A DNA stretch of 64,000 bases from an uncultured bacterium (GTDB taxonomy: Bacteria; Actinomycetota; Acidimicrobiia; Spongiisociales; UBA5794). Both the position numbers and the translations under genes were made by a program. This document shows positions 56,438-64,000 of this stretch, one piece after another. The notes under the pieces were generated by a model that worked only from the letters and a program-made list of their open reading frames with translations, was not told the DNA's origin and made no database searches. Every line of letters begins with the position of its first letter. The stretch's first letter is position 1. Location: NCBI GenBank assembly GCA_963801165.1, contig CAWDDT010000005.1, forward strand, positions 32,001-96,000. Direction: 5' to 3'.

Positions 56438-59134
56438 GTGTTGTCAGTTGTTCGTCGCCAGGTGTCGCTCGCAGCGATTCTGCTCGTCGCTGCTTTCGCC
56501 GTTCCCGCCGACGCCGACACCGCGGCTCTGCATACGACCCGGGTCTCGGCGGCGCCGGGCATGGGCGTCGATGGGGGCACCGATCCGCACGTCACCGACG
56601 ATGGCAGCATCATCGTCTTCGTCTCCTCCTCGAGCATCCTGGTCGAAGGTGACAACAACGGCGCCGGCGACGTTTTTGCATACGCAACGGCAACCGGGAA
56701 CGTGACACGGGTTTCGCTGGCGAGCGATGGCAGCGAGGCGGATAGGGCCAGCGGCGACCCCGCGATCTCGGCCGACGGCGGCACGATTGTCTTCGTATCG
56801 TCGGCAACGAACCTCGACGCGGACGCGGTCGGCGTTGCCGGCGATCTGTACATGCGCGATACCGCCACGGGAGAGACCACACGAATCACAGGTGGTTGGG
56901 ACGGCAGCGCTCTCAATGGGTGGGTCGGTGAACCGCAGATCTCTGCCGACGGGTCGACGATCGTCTACGCCTCGTTAGCCTCGAATATCGTCCCGGACGA
57001 CACCAACGCGACAGAGGACGTCTTTGCATACGACGTCGACACCGGAGCGACCATCAAGGTTTCCAGGTCGGCGATGGGCTCAAACGCCAACGGGCCGAGC
57101 AGCCACCCTGCGGTGTCGGCCGACGGTTCGCTGATTGTCTACGAGTCCACCGCCACCGACATCATCGCCGACGACACCAACACGGCGAGCGACGTGTTCG
57201 CCTACTACACGACCACCGGGACTACCGACCGTGCGTCCTTGACGGAGAACGGTGGACAGGCCGACGCCGCCAGCGACCACCCCGGCCTCGCTCCGGACGG
57301 CAGCACCGTCGTATTCGAGTCACAGGCGACGAATCTCACAGAGACCGCCACCCAGGCCGGCTACGACGTCTATATGCGCGACCTGGCAACCGGTGCCGTC
57401 GCCCTGGTCTCCGTTGCCACCGACGGGACACCGGGAGACGGCCCGAGCCGCAATCCCCGGATCTCTGCGGATGGGCTAACGGTCGTTTACGAGTCCGAAG
57501 CATCCAATCTCGTCGCCGGTGACACCAACTCCGCCGCGGATGTCTTCGCACATGAGACCTCTTCCGGAGCGACCACCCGCGTTTCCGTCGCCGACGACGG
57601 TACGCAGACCGACGCCGCCAGCCGGTACCCCGCCGTTGCATCCGATGGGGCGCGAGTCGTTTACGAGTCTGACGCGACCTCTCTGGCGACTAACGATGAC
57701 AACGCACATACCGACGTCTTCCTGACCCAGATCGTCAACCGTCCCCCCGTCGTCGCCGATGCATCATTGACGGTTCCCGAGGACGCCCACATCGGAGATG
57801 CCATAGGGCTCGTGCCCGCGGCCGATCCGGACAACGACGATCTGGCGTACACCGTCACCGACGGCGACGAGGCTGTGTTCGCCGTAGACAACCACGGCAA
57901 CGTGACCACCAAACAACTCCTCGACTTCGAGACCCGGAACACCTATGGCCTCACTGTCGATGTGTCCGACGGGCACTTGGTCGAGTCCGCCTCGCTTGCG
58001 ATCGAGGTGACCAACGTCAACGAGCGACCCCAAACAAGCGACTTCGAAACGTCTGTGCCCGAGGACGCACCAATCGGGACTCTTGTCGACACTGTCACGG
58101 CCAGCGACCCCGACGGCGACCCACTGAGCTTTTCGATTACCCGCCGTCCCGGCGGTGCCTTCGCTGTCGACCCAGTTACCGGCGACATCACAACCACTGC
58201 CATCCTGGACTACGAGACCGACCCCGGACACACTGTGACGGTTGTCGTGAGCGATGGGACATTCCAGACGGAATCCCGGGTGGTCGTCACCGTTAGCAAC
58301 GTGAACGAGGCCCCGACAGTCTCGGGTTTTGCGGCACAGACACCGGAGGACACGCCCGTTGGGGTCATCGTCGGAGCGTTGACGGCTTCCGACCCTGAGG
58401 GGGACGCGCTGACGTTTGAGATCACCGACGGCAATGCCGGCGGGGCGTTTGCAGTCGACGAAGCCGGCAACGTCTTGGTGGCCGGGGGCCTTGATTACGA
58501 GACGGTCCCCGGCTTCACGCTGACCGTGGCCGGATCGGACGGCGAGCTCGCCGGCGAGACCACAGTGACCATCGCTGTGACCGACGTGTATGAAGTCGAC
58601 CCCGCATACGACCCGTTTGACGACGACGGGTTCTTCGAAGCCGACATCGAGTGGCTCGCCTATAACGGGATAACCAGAGGGTGCGCTCCCCGCCTCTTCT
58701 GTCCCGATGACCCTGTCACCAGGGAGCAGCTCGCGGTCTTCCTGGTCAGGGCGCTGTCGCTCCCGGCACCGTCGCACGACTACTTCACCGACGACAAAGG
58801 CAGCTCGTTCGAAGACGCCATCAACAGGCTGGCCGAGGCCGGAATCACCAAGGGATGCAACCCGGGCGACGGCAACACCCACTTCTGCCCGCAGGATGCG
58901 GTGTCCCGGGGGGAGATGGCCGCGTTCCTGGTGCGTGCCCTCGGTTACACGGACGACGGGGCCGGCAACATATTTTCCGACGACGACGGCTCGATCTTCG
59001 AGTCGGCGATCGACAAGCTGGCAACCGCCGGCGTCACCAGAGGCTGCAACCCACCAGCCGACGACAATTACTGCCCGGACGATCTGGTGACACGGGGACA
59101 GATGGCCGCCTTCCTCCACCGCGCATTGGGATGA
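56438..59134 (+). CDS. Secreted surface protein: TolB-like beta-propeller, three cadherin-like repeats, SLH-type anchor
   Basis: Signal peptide; repeated PxISADG...S.A.NL...DTN...DVF; repeated A.DPDGD.L...LDYE/LDFE; three GIT.GC...FCP...VTR.QMA.FL repeats. Confidence 0.88.
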   Translation: MLSVVRRQVSLAAILLVAAFAVPADADTAALHTTRVSAAPGMGVDGGTDPHVTDDGSIIVFVSSSSILVEGDNNGAGDVFAYATATGNVTRVSLASDGSEADRASGDPAISADGGTIVFVSSATNLDADAVGVAGDLYMRDTATGETTRITGGWDGSALNGWVGEPQISADGSTIVYASLASNIVPDDTNATEDVFAYDVDTGATIKVSRSAMGSNANGPSSHPAVSADGSLIVYESTATDIIADDTNTASDVFAYYTTTGTTDRASLTENGGQADAASDHPGLAPDGSTVVFESQATNLTETATQAGYDVYMRDLATGAVALVSVATDGTPGDGPSRNPRISADGLTVVYESEASNLVAGDTNSAADVFAHETSSGATTRVSVADDGTQTDAASRYPAVASDGARVVYESDATSLATNDDNAHTDVFLTQIVNRPPVVADASLTVPEDAHIGDAIGLVPAADPDNDDLAYTVTDGDEAVFAVDNHGNVTTKQLLDFETRNTYGLTVDVSDGHLVESASLAIEVTNVNERPQTSDFETSVPEDAPIGTLVDTVTASDPDGDPLSFSITRRPGGAFAVDPVTGDITTTAILDYETDPGHTVTVVVSDGTFQTESRVVVTVSNVNEAPTVSGFAAQTPEDTPVGVIVGALTASDPEGDALTFEITDGNAGGAFAVDEAGNVLVAGGLDYETVPGFTLTVAGSDGELAGETTVTIAVTDVYEVDPAYDPFDDDGFFEADIEWLAYNGITRGCAPRLFCPDDPVTREQLAVFLVRALSLPAPSHDYFTDDKGSSFEDAINRLAEAGITKGCNPGDGNTHFCPQDAVSRGEMAAFLVRALGYTDDGAGNIFSDDDGSIFESAIDKLATAGVTRGCNPPADDNYCPDDLVTRGQMAAFLHRALG

Positions 59135-59137
59135 CAG

Positions 59138-59171
59138 GAGAGCCCCCGGCGACCGTGCGCCGGGGGCTCTC
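59138..59171. terminator. GC-rich hairpin after the surface protein gene
   Basis: GAGAGCCCCCGGCG-N6-CGCCGGGGGCTCTC, a perfect 14-bp stem. Confidence 0.65.
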
Positions 59172-59454
59172 GCGTGTGCGGAGTTGTCCCTACCTGTTTC
59201 GGCCGGTGTGGTCGCCCGGATCCCCCTGCCCCCGGACGACAACACCGCCAAGTCCAGCCCCACAGCACCGCACCACCCACCACCGCTGCGCTATCCAGAC
59301 CGGATTTCCATTCCGGGTAACAAGAGCAGCGTGGCAAACTTGTGATACAAGGAATCTCGACACACCTCTGAGACCAGCGGAAAGATAAGCCGGACAAATA
59401 GGCCTCAGGTATCCGGGGCTGCGGCCGATTGATCACGATACGGAGGACTGGACG

Positions 59455-60147
59455 TTGCCACTCGACCCCACAGCGCTCGACAAAGAGCTGCAAGCCGAAC
59501 TCACCGAAGTTCGAATTCAGACCGACCACGGTCGTATTCTGATGCCCGTCGTCCCACTCGACATGGGTCTTGTCGCGTCGGATGTCTTCGACATCGACGA
59601 CGAGGACGAAGCATTCGCCCAGGTCAAGGCCGAGATGGGAATGGAATCGCTCGTCACCCTCGAGTGGCACGAGGATGGAGCGCCCGCATTCAATAACTCG
59701 CTCCAGGTGCTCCGCCTCGGTGAGCGCGCGTACATCTCGATATCGCCCGATGCAGCGGTCGCTCAGCACTGGGAAGCCATTGCTATGTGCGAACCGGGGA
59801 CACCCGAGATGCTCGAGGCCTTCTACCTCGACCTCGCCAGGGACAACGGCTCCACATACAGCATCGATCTCTACAGCGCCCTGCCGACTCGTGTCGCCTC
59901 CAACTACCTCAGTTGCGACGCCATCGCCGCCAGCTTCTCTGCCTATCTCGACTGGGACGAAGCCCGCTCACCCGGCGCCTGGGCATATGCGTGCGAGTAT
60001 CTGCCACAGTCCGTCGAGAAAACGCCGGATCTGGTGATCGGCTCGATGGCGCTGCGCAAAGAGGACAACGAGTTCTCCAGACGGCGCTACATCAACGCAT
60101 ACGCTGCCGCGGTGTACGACGCCCAGGCGAGCGCCGCTGCTTCGTAG
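59455..60147 (+). CDS. Hypothetical acidic protein
   Basis: GGAGG RBS before a TTG start; typical codon bias; no recognised motif. Confidence 0.65.
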   Translation: MPLDPTALDKELQAELTEVRIQTDHGRILMPVVPLDMGLVASDVFDIDDEDEAFAQVKAEMGMESLVTLEWHEDGAPAFNNSLQVLRLGERAYISISPDAAVAQHWEAIAMCEPGTPEMLEAFYLDLARDNGSTYSIDLYSALPTRVASNYLSCDAIAASFSAYLDWDEARSPGAWAYACEYLPQSVEKTPDLVIGSMALRKEDNEFSRRRYINAYAAAVYDAQASAAAS

Positions 60148-60151
60148 CGTC

Positions 60152-60736
60152 CTACAGGCGGGCACCTGAGGCAAGCACCGCCATCGCCCTCCGCGTGAGC
60201 TCGAGGAGATCGCCCCCACCACGACCCCATGCGGTGAGCGCGACCATGAGCGCAGACACGAAGGTGTTTGCTATCACGCGCAGCTCGAAATCATCGGCAT
60301 CCAGGTCGCTGCGAGCCGCGAGTGCGCCAACGATCAGGTCTACGCCCGAATCGAAGTGATCACCCATGGCGGAGCGCAAAGCCGGCTCACGCAGGATCAA
60401 CTCCACCCGCCGACGCATCGTGACCTCGTCAGACCTCATGAGCTCCCACATCCCCTCGATGAGTTCCATGAGGGAGTCAAGCGGTTGCTCGCCCGACGGG
60501 CGACGCTCGAGCGCGGCCACGATGAGCGGGTCCCAGGGGTCCCAAAAGACAGTCTCATCCTTGGTCGTGAAGTAGCGGTAGACGGTGCTGGGCGAGACCT
60601 CTGCTACGGCAGCGATCTGCTCGACTGTCGTGTTGTCGTATCCCTGATCCTCGAACAGCGTCAGCGCCGCCGCCTGGATAGCGAGTCGGGCCCGCTCCTT
60701 CTTACGCTGACGTAACGGAATCTTGTCGGTTGTCAC
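60152..60736 (-). CDS. TetR family regulator
   Basis: Motif LRQRKKERAR...LFEDQGYDNTTVEQIAAVAEVSPSTVYRYF.TK; TATTAT 6 nt before the GTG. Confidence 0.92.
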   Translation of the reverse strand: MTTDKIPLRQRKKERARLAIQAAALTLFEDQGYDNTTVEQIAAVAEVSPSTVYRYFTTKDETVFWDPWDPLIVAALERRPSGEQPLDSLMELIEGMWELMRSDEVTMRRRVELILREPALRSAMGDHFDSGVDLIVGALAARSDLDADDFELRVIANTFVSALMVALTAWGRGGGDLLELTRRAMAVLASGARL

Positions 60737-60765
60737 CCTTTCATAATACCTCTTTCGTGATACTA

Positions 60766-60797
60766 TGACAGTGACTTTCAATTCATAGTCACTCTCA
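60766..60797. promoter_or_regulatory. Probable TetR operator
   Basis: TGACAGTGACT-N10-AGTCACTCTCA (one mismatch) in the AT-rich divergent spacer. Confidence 0.6.
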
Positions 60798-60832
60798 ATA
60801 CTTCGGGGCCGGGACAGTCGAAAGGAACCCGC

Positions 60833-61747
60833 ATGGAGCCTGTGATCTCGCTGCGCCAGGTGCGCAAGACGTTTGGAAGCACGGTCGCCCTCGACGGGTT
60901 GGATCTCGAGGTCGCCGCGGGTGAGGTTCACGGGTATCTCGGACCCAACGGAGCCGGGAAGTCGGTGACGATCCGGGTGCTGCTCGGCCTGCTCCGCCGT
61001 GACGCAGGTGAAGCGCGCCTCTTCGGCGCCGACCCGTGGCCGAACGCAGTCGCACTGCACCGTCGTCTCGCCTACGTCCCCGGGGACGTCAGCTTGTGGC
61101 CGAACCTGTCGGGTGGAGAAGCCATCGATGTGCTGGCGTCGTTGCGGGGCGGGATCGACCGGCTCAAGCGAGACGAACTGATCGAGCGCTTCGAGCTCGA
61201 TCCACGGAAGAAGGCGTCCACCTACTCGAAGGGCAATAGACAGAAGGTGGCGCTCGTTGCGGGGCTGGCGTCGGATGCCGAGCTGCTGATCCTGGATGAG
61301 CCCACTTCCGGGCTCGATCCGCTGATGGAGTCGGTGTTCCAGGAGTGCATCCTGGAGAAGAAGGCGGAGGGGCGGACGGTGCTGCTGTCCAGCCACATAC
61401 TCGCCGAGGTGGAGAAACTGTGTGACCGGTTGACGATCATCCGGCTAGGCCGGTCGGTGGAACAGGGCACGTTGGCGGAGCTGCGACATATCACGAGCAC
61501 CTCGTATGCAGTCGAGACCGAGCGGCCGATCGTCGGCCTGGAATCGATCCCGGGGGTGCGGTCGATCACCGTCGACGGAAGTTCGACGACATTCGAGGCC
61601 GATGGAGACGCAGTGAATGCCGTGTTTGATGCTGTTCACGCCGCCGGGGTGCGTTCCCTGTTCGGCCAGCCGCCGACTCTGGAACAGCTGTTCCTCCGCC
61701 ACTACGAAACGGAGCTGAACGGGATCGCAGCCGGAGCCGGACTATGA
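60833..61747 (+). CDS. ABC-2 exporter ATP-binding subunit
   Basis: Motifs GPNGAGKS, YSKGNRQKV, LILDEPTSGLDP, LSSH. Confidence 0.95.
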   Translation: MEPVISLRQVRKTFGSTVALDGLDLEVAAGEVHGYLGPNGAGKSVTIRVLLGLLRRDAGEARLFGADPWPNAVALHRRLAYVPGDVSLWPNLSGGEAIDVLASLRGGIDRLKRDELIERFELDPRKKASTYSKGNRQKVALVAGLASDAELLILDEPTSGLDPLMESVFQECILEKKAEGRTVLLSSHILAEVEKLCDRLTIIRLGRSVEQGTLAELRHITSTSYAVETERPIVGLESIPGVRSITVDGSSTTFEADGDAVNAVFDAVHAAGVRSLFGQPPTLEQLFLRHYETELNGIAAGAGL

Positions 61748-63378
61748 CAACCATGGTAGGGGCGCCGGGATCCGCCACCGCGGCCGGAGGTTTCACGGGC
61801 ACGATCCGTTTATTGCGGCTGGCGATTCGTCGCGATCGCGTCCGGCTCGCGGTGTGGGCTGCGTCGATAGCGGGCCTGGTCGGTGTATCGGCAGCAAGCG
61901 TTCACAGTCTGTACGGCACCGCCCGGCAACAGATGGAGTACGTCCAGGTCACCCAGGGCAACGCGGCCATGATCGTGCAATCGGGACCGGGGTATGGCCT
62001 CGACCACCCGACACTTGGAGCCATCTTCATGAACGAGACCGCCATCTGGACGATCATCCTCGTGGCCGTGCTCGGCATCCTGATGACTACCCGGCACACC
62101 CGGCTCGAGGAAGAGACGGCACGCTCCGAACTGGTTCGCTCGGCGCCGGTGGGCAGGTTCGCGGGAGCGACCGGCGGGCTCCTCGCGGTCCTGGTCGCCC
62201 AGGTCACCGTGGCGATCGTGGTTGTGCTCACCGTCGTCGGCTTCGGCTACGGACCGGTCGGGGCAATCGCCTTCGGGGCGGCCCTCGTCGTTGCCGGGAG
62301 CGCCTTCTCAGCGGTGACGCTCGTCGCCGCCCAGGTCGCCGCGTCGTCACGCACCGCCAGCGGTCTGGGCTTGATGGTGCTCGGTGTGGCGTTTGTAGTT
62401 CGCGCGTACGGTGACGTGGCCGTGCCGTGGTTGAGCTGGCTCTCCCCGATCCATTGGGCACAAGCAGTACGCGCCTTTGCGGGCGAGCAGTGGCTCGTTC
62501 TGGTCCTTCCCATCGCGCTGACCGCGGTGCTGCTTCCGGCGGCCGCCTCACTTGCGGAGCACCGCGACTTTGGCGGCGGGCTGCTCGACCCGCGACCTGG
62601 ACGAGCTGAGGCAGCTCCGACCCGCTACCCCTTGCTGCGTCTCGCAGCCGGGCTGCTCCGTGGCTCGATCATCAGCTGGGGCGTCGGGATCGCCGCCGGC
62701 GCGTTCTTCCTCGGCGTGGTCGCCGACCAGGTGGAGCAGATGGCCGCGGACAATCCTGCGATGAGCGGGCTCTTCAGCGTCGTCGGAAGCGGCTCGATAA
62801 CCGATACCTTCCTCGCCACCGCACTTCTCATCGTCGGCTTGCTCGCTGCCGGGTTCGCTATCTCGGCCGCGCTGCGCATGCACACCGAGGAAGCCGCCGG
62901 TCGTGTGGACCCCCTGCTCGCCACTCCGGTCGGCCGGGCTCGATGGGCGGGCAGCCATCTCGCGGTAACGATGGGAGCGCTGCTGGGTCTGATGGCGATC
63001 GGCGGCCTCGCCGGCGGGCTCGGTGCCGCCCTGGTGCTCAACGACCCCTCCCGGATCCTCGGCATGCTCGGTGGCGGCATCACCATGGCCGCCGGGGTTG
63101 CCGTGCTCGGTGGGATCGCGTTCCTCGTGTGCACTGCGGCGCCGCGGCTGGCGTTGCTGGCGTGGGTGCCGATGGTGCTCGCCGCATTCCTGAGCATGTT
63201 CGGCCGGTCACTCGGCCTCCCTTCCTGGTTGATGGACCTGTCACCGTATCAGCATGTGCCGGCACTTCCCGCGGCCCAATTCGATCTGGTTCCGATCGTC
63301 GCGTTGTCTCTGGTGACCGCCGGTGTGATCACGGCCGGTCTCCTCATCCTCCCCCGCCGGGACGTGGGACGCGCCTGA
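61744..63378 (+). CDS. ABC-2 exporter permease (tetronasin-resistance TnrB-like)
   Basis: Motifs LAIRRDR, RHTRLEEE, WLSWLSP, EEAAGR, RRD; about 12 TM helices; ATGA overlap. Confidence 0.85.
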   Translation: MTTMVGAPGSATAAGGFTGTIRLLRLAIRRDRVRLAVWAASIAGLVGVSAASVHSLYGTARQQMEYVQVTQGNAAMIVQSGPGYGLDHPTLGAIFMNETAIWTIILVAVLGILMTTRHTRLEEETARSELVRSAPVGRFAGATGGLLAVLVAQVTVAIVVVLTVVGFGYGPVGAIAFGAALVVAGSAFSAVTLVAAQVAASSRTASGLGLMVLGVAFVVRAYGDVAVPWLSWLSPIHWAQAVRAFAGEQWLVLVLPIALTAVLLPAAASLAEHRDFGGGLLDPRPGRAEAAPTRYPLLRLAAGLLRGSIISWGVGIAAGAFFLGVVADQVEQMAADNPAMSGLFSVVGSGSITDTFLATALLIVGLLAAGFAISAALRMHTEEAAGRVDPLLATPVGRARWAGSHLAVTMGALLGLMAIGGLAGGLGAALVLNDPSRILGMLGGGITMAAGVAVLGGIAFLVCTAAPRLALLAWVPMVLAAFLSMFGRSLGLPSWLMDLSPYQHVPALPAAQFDLVPIVALSLVTAGVITAGLLILPRRDVGRA

Positions 63379-63590
63379 GCCCTCGCCACCCGGGGCCGCC
63401 AGCACCAGAGGCGACCGCGCTCGCTTCGAAGGCGCACCGGCTGAGGTCAGGATGAGGAAGGGCGGCAGCGCGCGTACGCGGTGATAGCGCGTTCGCGAGC
63501 CATTGCATGGTCGACGATGGGCTCCGGATATTCAGTTCCCAGGCTCACGCCATTGCGCAGCCAGCACCCCGGCGTCGGCGTGCCACGGAG

Positions 63591-63998
63591 CTACTCAGCC
63601 TCGCTCGACGACGCCCACAGATTGACGCCGCCGTCAACCGCGGACTGATCGATCTCGCTGAGCTCCTCGGCGGTGAACTCGAGATTGTCGAGCGCACCGA
63701 GGCTATCTTCGATCTGTGACCACCGGCTGGCTCCGACAAGCGCCGTAGTGACCCTGGGGTCACGGAGCACCCAGGCGAGCGCCATCTGAGCCAGCGACTG
63801 TCCACGCCTCTTGGCGATCTCATTGAGGGCCTGGACCCGGGCGATGTTCTCGTCGTTGAGGAACTCGGGAAACAGCGATCCACCCTGCTCGGCGGCTCGC
63901 GACGTTTCCGGCACCCCATTGAGGTACTTTGACGTCAGGAGACCCTGCGCCAGCGGGGAGAAGGCAATACATCCGACACCTTCCTGTTCCAGGACGTC
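63591..63998 (-). CDS. Aldo/keto reductase (YghZ-like), 3' part (5' end outside window)
   Basis: Motifs GVGCIAFSPLAQGLLTSKYL, RGQSLAQMALAWVLR, LVGAS, NLW. Confidence 0.9.
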   Translation of the reverse strand, partial: DVLEQEGVGCIAFSPLAQGLLTSKYLNGVPETSRAAEQGGSLFPEFLNDENIARVQALNEIAKRRGQSLAQMALAWVLRDPRVTTALVGASRWSQIEDSLGALDNLEFTAEELSEIDQSAVDGGVNLWASSSEAE

Positions 63999-64000
63999 TA

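Noticed and set aside
59172-59450. Possible 57-codon minus-strand ORF in the intergenic gap
   Set aside because: No RBS spacing, atypical codon usage and no motif
1-64000. Many long alternative-frame and antisense ORFs; CRISPR, tRNA, IS or prophage
   Set aside because: The shadow ORFs are Arg/Pro-rich by-products of high GC overlapping well-supported genes; no repeat-spacer array, cloverleaf, transposase or phage gene was seen

Overview
This is a high-GC bacterial chromosomal segment with about 65 densely packed CDSs. It is most likely from an actinobacterium of class Acidimicrobiia, inferred from the F420-dependent enzymes, the Cys-containing SLH-type repeats and the many leaderless TANNNT promoters. 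I saw no rRNA, tRNA, CRISPR array, integrase or transposase. Most genes are housekeeping or accessory: typA, a DRG-like GTPase, a Pat-like acyl-CoA ligase/GNAT, galKTE, paaK, pncA, a uracil permease, an ECF sigma/anti-sigma pair, an S-layer-type protein and a TetR-ABC exporter. The most notable signals are missing from the ORF track. (1) A complete ribosome-dependent attenuator, with a 22-aa leader peptide carrying six consecutive Cys codons plus an antiterminator and an intrinsic terminator, precedes a cysteine synthase-TusA-DsrE2 operon and suggests persulfide-relay cysteine synthesis. (2) A roughly 250-nt structured leader with a terminator and no PyrR consensus lies before the uracil permease. 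(3) There is a roughly 185-nt rod-shaped intergenic RNA candidate of 6S-like size. (4) There is a Thermococcus-type hypA plus Mrp-family ATPase pair. (5) Sigma28-type promoters lie upstream of signalling genes. Decayed remnants of a dienelactone hydrolase, a GH42 beta-galactosidase and a DeoR regulator are also present. All calls come from reading the sequence by eye; no searches were run.
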